From the NCBI GenBank assembly GCA_947467605.1, contig CANIII010000022.1, positions 3,044-67,043 on the forward strand: a stretch of DNA of 64,000 bases. The letters are read 5' to 3'. The translations under genes and the position numbers were made by a program. Positions 10,115-19,184 of the stretch are shown here, piece by piece. Under the pieces are notes generated by a model. It was given only the letters and a program-made list of their open reading frames with translations. It was not told where the DNA came from and made no database searches. Position 1 is the first letter of the stretch. The number at the start of each line of letters is the position of its first letter. The DNA is from Acidobacteriota bacterium (GTDB lineage: Bacteria; Acidobacteriota; Vicinamibacteria; Vicinamibacterales; SCN-69-37).

Positions 10115-10729
10115 TCAGCCGGCTGCGTATTCTGACAGCAACTCCGACCGACGTGCACGAACCCGCGTCAACCACTCGTCAAGCACCGCGATCGGGCCGG
10201 CCGACAGGGCGGGCACCGGAACGGGTTCGGCCGGCGACGCCATCGGCTCAGGGAGTACGGGATCGAACTCGTCGAGCGCCGTCACCGTCTCGTCCGCATC
10301 GCCAATCACGTCTTCGATCTCGAACAGGCTCGGCGTGATCGGCTCAACCAGAGATGGGGGCGCAGGTGCGGCTTCACCTGCCGTTGCGGCCGCTTCGTCC
10401 TGGGCCACTCGCGCGTCGTGCCACTCCTGCGCGTCCTGCGCTTCCTCCCCGTCGACGCCACGCGCATGCAGTTCAGCGAGGCCGCGGATCGCGGCCAGAT
10501 TGTCGGGCGCGCGCTTCAGGACCGATTGCAACTCGCGATGCGCGTCGAGATCCTGACCCAGATCCATTAGCGCGCATCCGAGCGTCACACGTGCGGACAG
10601 ATGGTCCGGATACGCCTCCAGCCCCTCGCGGCAAAGCGCGATGGCGCGATCGATCTGGCCGGCACGTCGAAAACGTTCGGCGATGACACTAAATGAGGGC
10701 GACATGATTGAGGTGGCGACGGTTGGCAT
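10115..10729 (-). CDS. Tetratricopeptide-repeat protein with acidic/Pro-rich tail
   Basis: AIALCREGLEAYPDHLSARVTLGCAL TPR pattern; C-terminal LDEWLTRVR helix; AGGA upstream. Confidence 0.75.
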   Translation of the reverse strand: MPTVATSIMSPSFSVIAERFRRAGQIDRAIALCREGLEAYPDHLSARVTLGCALMDLGQDLDAHRELQSVLKRAPDNLAAIRGLAELHARGVDGEEAQDAQEWHDARVAQDEAAATAGEAAPAPPSLVEPITPSLFEIEDVIGDADETVTALDEFDPVLPEPMASPAEPVPVPALSAGPIAVLDEWLTRVRARRSELLSEYAAG

Positions 10730-10737
10730 GGCGTGTC

Positions 10738-11799
10738 CTATGGATTGATCGTGACAGTGACGGAGAGCGTGCCGCGTCGACCGATGTCATCGGTGACAAC
10801 CAGCACAACGGTGTAGGTCTTGGCGGCGGCATACACATGGGTCGTCGTCGGCGAGCCGCTCGTCAGCGCCGAGCCATCACCGAAGTCCCACTGCCATGTT
10901 TGTATCTGTCGGCCCGGAGGCACGGCAGAGGCCGATGCGTTGAAATTGACGATGTCGCCAACCTTCAGGTCGTGCGGCGAGAACACGAACGAGGCCACGG
11001 GGTTCACCGCCGACACCACCGTGATCGTGATCGGCGCGCTCGTCACCGCCAGTCCACGGTCATCAGTGACGGTGAGCGTGGCCTGATAGGCGGCGGCAAC
11101 GCCATACAGATGTGAGGTCGTCGCCGAGGAGCCGATCGTGCTGGTGCCGTCGCCGAAGTTCCAGGCGTAGCTCGTGATGATCCCGTCGGCGTCCTTGGAG
11201 GCGGAACCATCAAACACGACAGCTTCGCGCTCGTGCGGCGACGTAGGCGACGCGAAGAAGCTGGGGATCGGCGCGGCGTTCGGCGCCTGAATGATGCCGG
11301 GCGAGGTCAGCCGAATACTGACGGCGCTGGTGTTGGTGTTGGCCGCATCCGAGCCGGTCGGCGTGGCAACGACCTGAATCGTCGTCTCATTCGGCGCGCC
11401 AAACGCGGCCGGTGGCGGCGCCGTGTAGATCACATTCGCGCGACCATCGGCGCCGGTCGAGATGTTTCGCGACGACAACGTCCCCAGATCACCGAGCGCG
11501 CCACCAATCTTCACATCCATGCGCAGCGCGAGATTCCGCACGGGCTGCGCGCTCGCATCGCGAGCGGTAACGGTGATCACCGACTGCGTCGCTCCGTCGC
11601 GTGCCATCAAATCGACCGACGCCGCGACGGTGATCGAGAGTGCGAGTGTGGATGGTCCGCCGAGCGACGGCGTGCTCGGCGTCGACAAACTGCAGCCCGT
11701 CACGCCGAAGGCCAACAAGCAAATAGCCAGATAACCCAATGCCCGATGGCCCAATCCCCAATGCCCCGATGTCCACATGCCCAGATGCCCCGATGTCAC
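10738..11799 (-). CDS. Lipoprotein with invasin/Ig-like domain and two PKD domains
   Basis: Lipobox FGVTGC; VITVTARDA...TGADGRA Ig-like segment; YAWNFGDG and WQWDFGDG PKD motifs; GTG start overlaps upstream TGA. Confidence 0.8.
   Translation of the reverse strand: MTSGHLGMWTSGHWGLGHRALGYLAICLLAFGVTGCSLSTPSTPSLGGPSTLALSITVAASVDLMARDGATQSVITVTARDASAQPVRNLALRMDVKIGGALGDLGTLSSRNISTGADGRANVIYTAPPPAAFGAPNETTIQVVATPTGSDAANTNTSAVSIRLTSPGIIQAPNAAPIPSFFASPTSPHEREAVVFDGSASKDADGIITSYAWNFGDGTSTIGSSATTSHLYGVAAAYQATLTVTDDRGLAVTSAPITITVVSAVNPVASFVFSPHDLKVGDIVNFNASASAVPPGRQIQTWQWDFGDGSALTSGSPTTTHVYAAAKTYTVVLVVTDDIGRRGTLSVTVTINP
11735..11797. repeat. Degenerate 7-8-bp tandem repeat array (approx. CCRATGCC x8)
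   Basis: ccaatgc ccgatggc ccaatcc ccaatgcc ccgatgtc cacatgcc cagatgcc ccgatgtc. Confidence 0.7.
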
Positions 11800-12437
11800 G
11801 ACGGGTCTCCCCAGTCCGCGAAGTTCACGGAAATGCGGGCGACGACGCTCACCTGTCGCCCGGCCTGATCCTTGCCGTAGAAGGTCACCTCGGCGACGGT
11901 GGCAATCGCGAAGCTCCCATTGCCACCGACCAACGCCTTGAGCGGCGACTCGCTTTTGGCTTGCAACCGCACCAGCGTGATCGAGGTCACGGCCGTTGAT
12001 GCGCCGACGGTGAGCGTGATGGCACCGTCGAATGGATGCGGCACGTCGACGCCCGCGGTGTTGCGTCCGTCGCTGCGCAGGAAGTTGACGTGATACTGCG
12101 TGAGCGTGATGTAGTTCGCGCTCGACGGCGCCGTGGGCGTGGTACCGGTCCCCGGATCCTTCATGCCGAGGCGGAACGTGGCCTGCGCGGCGTCTTCGAA
12201 TACGGTGGGCACCAGCACCTGCACGCCACCGACGTCCTTCTTGACATACGTGAGCACGTCCGACGCGAGCGAGCCGCCGAACGTGTCGGGCTTCACGCCC
12301 GAGGCCGCGAGGAACGAATCGACCATGAGGTACGAGCTGGCTGAGTCGGTCCGGGTACTGGCGGTGCAACCCGGCACAACCGCGATCAGCGCAGCACACA
12401 CCGCGACAGCACAAACGCGAGACACAGAGTCGTTCAT
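11796..12437 (-). CDS. Hypothetical lipoprotein, predicted beta-rich, downstream of pilQ
   Basis: Hydrophobic signal with VVPGC lipobox; ATGA overlap with pilQ stop. Confidence 0.75.
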   Translation of the reverse strand: MNDSVSRVCAVAVCAALIAVVPGCTASTRTDSASSYLMVDSFLAASGVKPDTFGGSLASDVLTYVKKDVGGVQVLVPTVFEDAAQATFRLGMKDPGTGTTPTAPSSANYITLTQYHVNFLRSDGRNTAGVDVPHPFDGAITLTVGASTAVTSITLVRLQAKSESPLKALVGGNGSFAIATVAEVTFYGKDQAGRQVSVVARISVNFADWGDPS

Positions 12438-13804
12438 GGGTGGCTCCGAAGAATGCGTGGCGTGATGAAGATCAATAATTCCCGGGACTCGGTTTGGGTC
12501 GAGTCGTGGCGGAACAGCCAACCGAGCAGCGGCAGGTTGCCGATCCCGGGCGTCTTCTCCTGCGACGTCTGCTCGCGACTGACGACGATGCCGCCGATGA
12601 CTGTGGTCGCGCCGTCCACGACCTGCACGCGGGTCAGCGCACGCTGGGTGTCGATCGGCGGGATGTTATTGATCGACCGCGTGAAGTCCGGCGTCGCATT
12701 TTCGAGTTCGATTTGCATGATCACCGTGTTGGCGGCCGTGATCTGCGGCGTCACTTTCAGCTTCAGCGCCGCGTCCTTGAACTGCACCGTGACCGTGTTG
12801 TTGGCCACGGTCTGGATAGGAATCTGAATGCCCTGCGTCATTTCGGCTTCGTGGTTGTTCTGCGTCGTGACGCGCGGCGATGACAGGATGCGCCCCTTGC
12901 CGTTGCGCTCAAGTGCCGAGAGCGCAAGGTCGAGCCCGAGCGCGCCATTGATGGCCCCCATCGAGAGGCCAAGGGCGGTGGTCGGCGTCGCGACCGGCAG
13001 TTTCACTGCCGTCCCCGTCGTCTCGAGCGCGGACGCACGCGGATCATTGGGCGCCTGCGTGCCGACGCGGCCGTTCACGGCGCCGTTGTTGGGAAACGCG
13101 AGTCCGGTCGTGTTGCCGAGCTCCGGCGCCACTCGGCCGTTGACACCCCACTGCACGCCGAGCTCACGCGCGGCATCGCGATTGGTCTGCACGATGCGCG
13201 CTTCGATTTCGACCTGCGGTTCGGCGCGGTCAAGGGTCGTGATCAACGCCTGCGCCGCCGCGAGACGATCAGGCAGATCGCGAATGATGAGGGTGTTGGT
13301 CCGCTCATCGACGCGGATCTCGCCACGCGACGACAGCGCTGCGTACTTGATCAGCGGCTCCAGTTTCGGCGCCTGTGCGTAGCTCAGCGAGAACGTCTTC
13401 ACTTCCAGCGTCCCGGCCAGGGCCTGCGCGTCGGTCAACTTGCGCCGGTCGGCTTCCTCCTCCGACAGCACGTTGAGCGGCGCCACGCGCACGACCGTGC
13501 CCTCCACCACGTAGCCCAGCTTGGCACCACGCAAAATGATGTCGAGCGCTTGATCCCACGGCACGGCGGTCAACTTGATATCGACCGCCCCCTTCACGGT
13601 GGGGTCAATGACGATGTTGAGTCCGTTGGTCTCGGCAAAGGTGCGGAGCACCATGCGAAGATCTGCGCCCTGGAGGTCGAGATCCATGGGCGCGCCCGAG
13701 TACTTCCTCACCGGTTGTTGTTCTCGGCCCGATGCGGTGACGGAACTCAGCACGGCCAGAGCGACGCACAGGGCGGCACACGTGCGCGCCCATCCCAATT
13801 TCAT
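12434..13804 (-). CDS. pilQ: Type IV pilus secretin PilQ (short, no AMIN domains)
   Basis: MDLDLQGADL, VPWDQALDIIL, VDERTNTLIIRD, QVEIEARIV, ILSSPRVTT, LPLLGWLFR, ELLIFITPRI; start at ATG 13804. Confidence 0.92.
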   Translation of the reverse strand: MKLGWARTCAALCVALAVLSSVTASGREQQPVRKYSGAPMDLDLQGADLRMVLRTFAETNGLNIVIDPTVKGAVDIKLTAVPWDQALDIILRGAKLGYVVEGTVVRVAPLNVLSEEEADRRKLTDAQALAGTLEVKTFSLSYAQAPKLEPLIKYAALSSRGEIRVDERTNTLIIRDLPDRLAAAQALITTLDRAEPQVEIEARIVQTNRDAARELGVQWGVNGRVAPELGNTTGLAFPNNGAVNGRVGTQAPNDPRASALETTGTAVKLPVATPTTALGLSMGAINGALGLDLALSALERNGKGRILSSPRVTTQNNHEAEMTQGIQIPIQTVANNTVTVQFKDAALKLKVTPQITAANTVIMQIELENATPDFTRSINNIPPIDTQRALTRVQVVDGATTVIGGIVVSREQTSQEKTPGIGNLPLLGWLFRHDSTQTESRELLIFITPRILRSHP

Positions 13805-14253
13805 GACTGACCTCCCGATCCTGCTGTCGTTACGCGCAGCGCCTTGCGCACGTCGCGCGTGTGGACGATGCCGGCTGCGTCCGCGGCACGTTCGGTGAAC
13901 ACCACGCCATCGCTCTCGATGCGCGTCACCACGCCGTCCTGTAGTCGATCCTGTCGTTTGGCCATGTAGGTGCGACCGTCGGGCCCCTGCAACAACGCAA
14001 TTAAGGTGGTGCCGCTCTTGACGAGGCCCTTGACCACGACATCCGAAATGGCGAGACCGCCGAGACCGGGGACGACGGGCTTTGGCCGGCTGCTGGCGGG
14101 CGCGTTTGGCGCGACCTTCGGCGCGATCAGGCTCACGAACGGATCGCGACGTCCCCCGTCGGCGTATTCCTTGGGAGACGGCGTTTGCGCAGCGAGCGAT
14201 GGCACGGCACTGAGCGCGACCCAGAGACAGACCATACGTGTGCAACGGCTCAT
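13801..14253 (-). CDS. pilP: PilP-like pilus assembly protein
   Basis: Signal peptide, YADGGRRDPFVSL motif, position between pilO and pilQ. Confidence 0.75.
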   Translation of the reverse strand: MSRCTRMVCLWVALSAVPSLAAQTPSPKEYADGGRRDPFVSLIAPKVAPNAPASSRPKPVVPGLGGLAISDVVVKGLVKSGTTLIALLQGPDGRTYMAKRQDRLQDGVVTRIESDGVVFTERAADAAGIVHTRDVRKALRVTTAGSGGQS

Positions 14254-14864
14254 CGCTTCGCTCCCGTGACGAGGGCAGGCGCGACGGTCGCGTCGCCCTC
14301 GTGACGAAACACGTAGGTCGTCGCCGTGCAAGACGCCGTGACACTGCCGGCGCCCGTCGGTGTCGATCGCGCCTTGACGTGCAGGTTCGACACCGACACG
14401 AGGAGCGAGAGATTGGCCACGCGGTCAAAGAAGCGGCCCAGGTCGTGATAGTTGCCATCGAGCCCGAGTTCGATCGGCCATTCGGAGTACTGCGGTTTGT
14501 CCGCGACGGCCTTCGGCGTGAAGCTGCTCAACGACAAGGAGGAGTCGCTCGCCATCTCGTGCAACTGTCGCAGGACGTCCTGCGCGTCCTTCTCGTCAGG
14601 CAGCACGGCCGTCGTCGCGAGAAGCGACGACTCAAGCGCGGCAATTTCACGCTCGAGTACGGGGAGGCGTTTTGCGGTCGCCGAGGCGCGGGCGACATCC
14701 GACTGCAGGCCGCCGAGCCGTGCGCGACGTGTAGCGAGCTCACCACGCGCGGGCCCGATCAGTACCTGCCACGCCGCGCCAACGGTCATCACCGACAGCA
14801 GCGCGAAAATCGCGATCTGCGTGCGCGTGCTGAACTCGTGAAAACTCTTGCGTGCGTTGGCCAT
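14250..14864 (-). CDS. pilO: Type IV pilus assembly protein PilO
   Basis: TM + coiled coil, VLPDEKD, GNYHDLGRFFDRVA. Confidence 0.9.
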   Translation of the reverse strand: MANARKSFHEFSTRTQIAIFALLSVMTVGAAWQVLIGPARGELATRRARLGGLQSDVARASATAKRLPVLEREIAALESSLLATTAVLPDEKDAQDVLRQLHEMASDSSLSLSSFTPKAVADKPQYSEWPIELGLDGNYHDLGRFFDRVANLSLLVSVSNLHVKARSTPTGAGSVTASCTATTYVFRHEGDATVAPALVTGAKR

Positions 14865-14866
14865 CG

Positions 14867-15415
14867 CTACTGCGCCGACGCTTTCAGGGCAAAGCGCACT
14901 ACCGATGCGTCCTGCACCACTTCCATATTTGTGGTCACAATATCCACGAGGCGACCGAAGTGTCCGGACGTCTGCAGGCGCTCCACAAAATCTGTCAGCG
15001 CGGTCAGCGACGTCGCGCGGCCCTCGATCTGGACGACAAGACCGGTCTGCTTCAGCTCCAACAACCAGAGTCCGTCGGGCACGCTGCGACTCACGGCCTC
15101 AAGCAGTTCGACCGGCCCGCGTTGCGTACGATGCAGGCGATCAATCAGTCCCAGTCGCTCGGAGACCTCGACCTTGCGACTGACGGCGCGATCGACCAAT
15201 GACGCCACGGACTTCAGTTGCGTCAGTTCTGTTTGCGCCGCGGCAATCTCGGCATCGATCGCGCGTTCGGCGCGCATCGTCTGCCACCACCATCCGCCAA
15301 CGCCAAGGGCCGTGACGGTCAGCAGGACCAGACCCGCTGCGGCGGACTTCTGATCGGCTGGAAGCCACGGCCGGCGGGCGCGCGGCACGGCGCCGAGAAG
15401 GTTGATCTCGATCAC
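14867..15415 (-). CDS. pilN: Type IV pilus assembly protein PilN
   Basis: N-terminal INLL motif, TM, VPDGLWLLEL, IEGRATS. Confidence 0.9.
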   Translation of the reverse strand: MIEINLLGAVPRARRPWLPADQKSAAAGLVLLTVTALGVGGWWWQTMRAERAIDAEIAAAQTELTQLKSVASLVDRAVSRKVEVSERLGLIDRLHRTQRGPVELLEAVSRSVPDGLWLLELKQTGLVVQIEGRATSLTALTDFVERLQTSGHFGRLVDIVTTNMEVVQDASVVRFALKASAQ

Positions 15416-16467
15416 GCCGCACCGTCCTCGCGCATCGCCAGACCCACGGCGACGGCGTAGGCCGGCCCGGCACCGTCGACGGCGGGCGCGCGACGACCTG
15501 CGCGCGAAATCTTGAGAAACGGATCCAGGATCTCGACCGGGCCTTCGAGCTCGTTTTCGAGAAGGACCATCAGGCCTTCCGCGTCGTGTGCCCCACCGGA
15601 GACGACGATACGACTGATGTGTTCGGTCGGCGCGGCGGCGCGATAGAAGTCGATGCTCTTGCGAATTTCGGTAACGAGTTGTGTGGTGACATCGACGAGG
15701 ATGGCACTAACCTGCGATGGATCGATCCCTGGCACGAGCGGACGCCCCAATGGGCCGGCGTGCTTGAGGCGCTCCGCGGTGGCCGGTTCCACATCGAGAT
15801 CGCGCATCAGCGCGTCGGTGTAGGTCTGTCCACCGAGTGCGATGTCACGGGTGAAGACCAGTTGGCTGCGTTCGAGCACACAGACGATCGTGCTGACACG
15901 CCCGGCATGGACGAGCACGGTCATCGGGTCGCGTCGATCGTGGTGATTGGCCTGATACGCGTTGACCAGGGCAAACGCTTCCAGATCAAGGATGACGGGC
16001 TGGCGCCCGGAACGGATGATGGCATCGGTCCGCGATTCAATGCGGTCCTTCTTGGCCGCGACCAGGAGCACATCGGTGGCGCCGCCGGCGTGGTCGGGTG
16101 GGAGCACCTGATAGTCCAGTTGCACCTCAGCCAGATCGAACGGAATGTACTGTTCGGCCTCCCATGGGATAGCTTCGGCCAGTTCGGCCTCGGTCATGGC
16201 CGGCAGCGACAAACGTTTTACGATCGCGGCGCTTCCCGGCAGGGCGGCGGAAATCCGCCCGCGGCGGACGCGAAGGGTATCAAGGACCTCTCTCAGGGCT
16301 TCGGCGACCAGTTCGGGGTCCGAAGTTCCCGAGTCGTTCATCGGGGCTTCGGCGGCGCCCACCAAGGTCCACGCCCCGCGGGATCGCCGTAAAATCACGG
16401 CTTTTACGGCGTCGGACCCGATATCGAGGCCAACAACCGGCGGGCGAAAGAAGGCAGGAACGCGCAT
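15412..16467 (-). CDS. pilM: Type IV pilus assembly protein PilM
   Basis: VGLDIGSDAVK, WEAEQYIPF, VLLVAAKK, VSGGA, AVAVGLAMR; start at ATG 16467. Confidence 0.93.
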   Translation of the reverse strand: MRVPAFFRPPVVGLDIGSDAVKAVILRRSRGAWTLVGAAEAPMNDSGTSDPELVAEALREVLDTLRVRRGRISAALPGSAAIVKRLSLPAMTEAELAEAIPWEAEQYIPFDLAEVQLDYQVLPPDHAGGATDVLLVAAKKDRIESRTDAIIRSGRQPVILDLEAFALVNAYQANHHDRRDPMTVLVHAGRVSTIVCVLERSQLVFTRDIALGGQTYTDALMRDLDVEPATAERLKHAGPLGRPLVPGIDPSQVSAILVDVTTQLVTEIRKSIDFYRAAAPTEHISRIVVSGGAHDAEGLMVLLENELEGPVEILDPFLKISRAGRRAPAVDGAGPAYAVAVGLAMREDGAA

Positions 16468-16641
16468 GCTGCATTCGCTAAGCGCAAGCCTGATGCCAAA
16501 TTTGCGTTTGGCCACTTCTCTTGATGTACTGGGAGTGCAGAATGAGTCCGGTTGCGAACGTGACCGGAGCGACCCACACGTTTGGGCACCTGCCTGACAG
16601 TTCTGTAAAGCATCAGAGCGCGATCCAAGTGCCTGCGAATA

Positions 16642-16670
16642 TTGACTTTTCCTCTTGCGACCGATATCCT
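16642..16670 (+). promoter_or_regulatory. Sigma70-type promoter for rplM operon
   Basis: TTGACT-17 bp-TATCCT. Confidence 0.7.
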
Positions 16671-16710
16671 TTCGGTTTGCCGTCCTCTGTATACGGCCGA
16701 AAGGGAATGC

Positions 16711-17169
16711 ATGGGCACGTTTAACCCATCTGCCACCGAACGCGGTTCGAACCGCGAGATCGTCCGGCAGTGGCACATCATCGACGCAAAAGGTCAGGTC
16801 CTCGGCCGTGTCGCCAGCGTGGCGGCTCGTCTCTTGCAGGGCAAGCACAAGCCAATGTGGGCGCCGTTCATTGACACGGGCGACCATGTGGTCATCGTGA
16901 ATGCGGCTTCTATCAAGCTCACCGGTAAGAAGGAAGAACAGAAAATTTATCGTCAGCACTCGGGCTACGAAGGTGGCCTGCGTGAAGAGCGCGCAAAGGA
17001 CGTGCGCGTGCGGCGGCCGAATCGCATCGTGGAAGAAGCGGTGTTTGGCATGTTGCCGAAGACGAAAATGGGCCGTGCGATGTACGGCAAGTTGAAGGTG
17101 TATGCGGGCGCCGAGCATCCGCATGCGGCGCAGAAACCACAGCAGTTGAAGACAGGCGAGGTCGCGTAA
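16711..17169 (+). CDS. rplM: 50S ribosomal protein L13
   Basis: WHIIDA, LGRVA, GKHKP, DTGDHVVIVNA, GMLPK, HPHAAQKP. Confidence 0.97.
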   Translation: MGTFNPSATERGSNREIVRQWHIIDAKGQVLGRVASVAARLLQGKHKPMWAPFIDTGDHVVIVNAASIKLTGKKEEQKIYRQHSGYEGGLREERAKDVRVRRPNRIVEEAVFGMLPKTKMGRAMYGKLKVYAGAEHPHAAQKPQQLKTGEVA

Positions 17170-17175
17170 CGTTAT

Positions 17176-17577
17176 ATGGCCGCTATTGCAGCGAATCAGT
17201 TCTACGGCACCGGGCGTCGCAAGACGTCGACCGCTCGTGTGTTCCTCCGGCCCGGCAAGGGCGAAATCATCATCAACAAGAAGCCGATCGAGAAGAGCTT
17301 CCCGACCGAGACCCTGCGCCTGATCGTGCGGTCTCCGTTGGTGGCAACCGAGACGGTCGATAAGTTTGATGTGCTGGCGACCACGGCCGGTGGCGGCGTG
17401 GCGGGTCAGGCTGGCGCGATGCGCCTCGGCATCGCCCGCGCGCTCATGGAGTACAACGAAGAGCTGCGATCGACGCTGCGCAAGTCCGGGTTTGTGACCC
17501 GCGACCCACGCATGAAGGAACGTAAGAAGTACGGCATGGCCGGAGCGCGCAAGCGCTTCCAGTTCTCGAAGCGTTAA
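17176..17577 (+). CDS. rpsI: 30S ribosomal protein S9
   Basis: [37 protein letters not shown]. Confidence 0.98.
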   Translation: MAAIAANQFYGTGRRKTSTARVFLRPGKGEIIINKKPIEKSFPTETLRLIVRSPLVATETVDKFDVLATTAGGGVAGQAGAMRLGIARALMEYNEELRSTLRKSGFVTRDPRMKERKKYGMAGARKRFQFSKR

Positions 17578-17610
17578 ACAGCTTCGAGTTTTAACTAGGA
17601 GAAGACGAGC

Positions 17611-18396
17611 TTGAGCGCGATCGCAATGAAGGATTTCCTGGAGGCCGGCGTTCACTTCGGCCACCAGACCAAACGCTGGAACCCGAAGATGAAGCCGTTC
17701 ATCTTTGGCGAGCGGAACGGCATCTACATCATCGACCTCGGTCGCACTGCCAAGCTGTACAAGCAGGCGGCGCAGTTCATCACCGAGACGGCGAGCCAGG
17801 GCGGCACCGTGCTCTTCGTGGGCACCAAGCGCCAGGCGCAGGATGCGATCGCAGAAGAAGCGCAGCGTTGCGGGATGTACTTCGTGAATCAGCGGTGGCT
17901 GGGCGGATTGCTCACCAACTTCTCCACCATCCAGCGGAGTCTCGCGCGGTTGCGTGAACTCGAAGCGATGTCGACCGACGGCCGCTACGACACGTTCTCC
18001 AAGAAAGAAATTGCGAAGTTCGAAAAGGAACGCCGCAAGCTCGCGAAGAACCTCGACGGCATCCGCGGCATGGGCCGCCTGCCTGATGCCGTGTTCATCA
18101 TCGACACGCGTCACGAGCAGATCGCGGTCGACGAAGCGCGCAAGCTGAAGATTCCGGTCGTGGGCGTCGTGGATACCAACTGCGATCCCGATCAGGTCGA
18201 TTTCGTGATCCCAGGCAACGACGACGCACTGCGCTCCATTCGCCTGCTGGCGGGCGGCATCGCGGACGCCGTTCTCGCAGGCTGTGGTCTTGCGGAAGCG
18301 GCTCAGGCGGCCGAGATTGCCGAAGCCAAGGCGGCGCGCGCGGCCAAGGCCAAGGACGCAGAACCCGCTCCGGCGGCGCCGGCGGCGGCTCAGTAG
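17611..18396 (+). CDS. rpsB: 30S ribosomal protein S2 (TTG start)
   Basis: [37 protein letters not shown]; SD AGGAG. Confidence 0.98.
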   Translation: MSAIAMKDFLEAGVHFGHQTKRWNPKMKPFIFGERNGIYIIDLGRTAKLYKQAAQFITETASQGGTVLFVGTKRQAQDAIAEEAQRCGMYFVNQRWLGGLLTNFSTIQRSLARLRELEAMSTDGRYDTFSKKEIAKFEKERRKLAKNLDGIRGMGRLPDAVFIIDTRHEQIAVDEARKLKIPVVGVVDTNCDPDQVDFVIPGNDDALRSIRLLAGGIADAVLAGCGLAEAAQAAEIAEAKAARAAKAKDAEPAPAAPAAAQ

Positions 18397-18413
18397 CACA
18401 CCCTGTTTGGGCA

Positions 18414-18450
18414 GAGGGCAAAGGGCCTCTGCCCTTTGCCCTCTTTTTTT
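18414..18450 (+). terminator. Intrinsic terminator between rpsB and tsf
   Basis: 13-bp stem GAGGGCAAAGGGC/GCCCTTTGCCCTC, loop CTCT, followed by T7. Confidence 0.75.
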
Positions 18451-18498
18451 GTTTGGCCTTCGGGCTTTCTGTTCGGCCTTTTGTGTGGAGTGTTTGAA

Positions 18499-19107
18499 AT
18501 GTCAGTAGAGATCTCGGCGACATTGGTGAAGCAACTGCGCGACATGACCGGCGCAGGCATGATGGAGTGCAAGGCCGCGTTGAAGGAAGCAAACGGCAAC
18601 ATCGAGGAAGCCAACACGGTGCTGCGGAAACGCGGACTCGCGCAGGCGGCCAAGAAGACCGGCCGCTCCACAGGTCAGGGCGTGATCGGCTCCTATATTC
18701 ACCTCGGCGGCACCATCGGTGTGCTGGTGGAAGTAAATTGCGAGTCCGACTTTGTGGCGCGCACCGACGACTTCCAGAACCTCGTCAAGGAAATCGGCAT
18801 GCACATCGCCGCCGCCAGCCCGACCTACGCGCGCCGCGAGGACGTGCCGGCCGATGTGATCGAGAAGGAACGCGCCATCTATCGCGCGCAGATGGAAAAC
18901 TCCGGCAAGCCGGCCAACGTCATCGAGAAGATCATCGACGGTAAATTGAACGCCTTCTACGAGCAGACCGTGTTGATCGATCAAGCGTCGATCCGCGACC
19001 CCAAGGTGACCATCGGCCAGGTCGTCACGGCGGCGATCGCCAAGCTCGGCGAGAACATCGCGATTCCGCGGTTCGCCCGCTTCAAGGTCGGCGAAGAGAG
19101 CAAGTAA
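18499..19107 (+). CDS. tsf: Elongation factor Ts (short, about 200 aa form)
   Basis: VKQLRDMTGAGMMECKAAL, EVNCESDFVA, RFARFKVGE. Confidence 0.97.
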   Translation: MSVEISATLVKQLRDMTGAGMMECKAALKEANGNIEEANTVLRKRGLAQAAKKTGRSTGQGVIGSYIHLGGTIGVLVEVNCESDFVARTDDFQNLVKEIGMHIAAASPTYARREDVPADVIEKERAIYRAQMENSGKPANVIEKIIDGKLNAFYEQTVLIDQASIRDPKVTIGQVVTAAIAKLGENIAIPRFARFKVGEESK

Positions 19108-19138
19108 GAAGTCGAAACTAGGAAGCAGGAAGTTCTGA

Positions 19139-19184
19139 GGGGGTGGGCTGCCGAGCAACACGGCGGCCCGCCCCTTTCGTTTCT
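19139..19184 (+). terminator. GC-rich hairpin/terminator after tsf
   Basis: GGGGTGGGCTGCCG-loop-CGGCGGCCCGCCCC followed by TTTCGTTTC. Confidence 0.6.

Noticed and set aside
11800-14458. Long N-terminal extensions of the PKD protein and PilQ in the ORF track
   Set aside because: They overlap real upstream genes in other frames; signal peptides and ATGA/GTGA overlaps define shorter starts
15412-18399. 995-aa minus-strand ORF extending pilM antisense across rplM, rpsI and rpsB
   Set aside because: The three ribosomal genes share one frame, and GC-rich codon bias keeps the exact antisense frame open. The extension is not protein-like, and PilM homology starts at ATG 16467.
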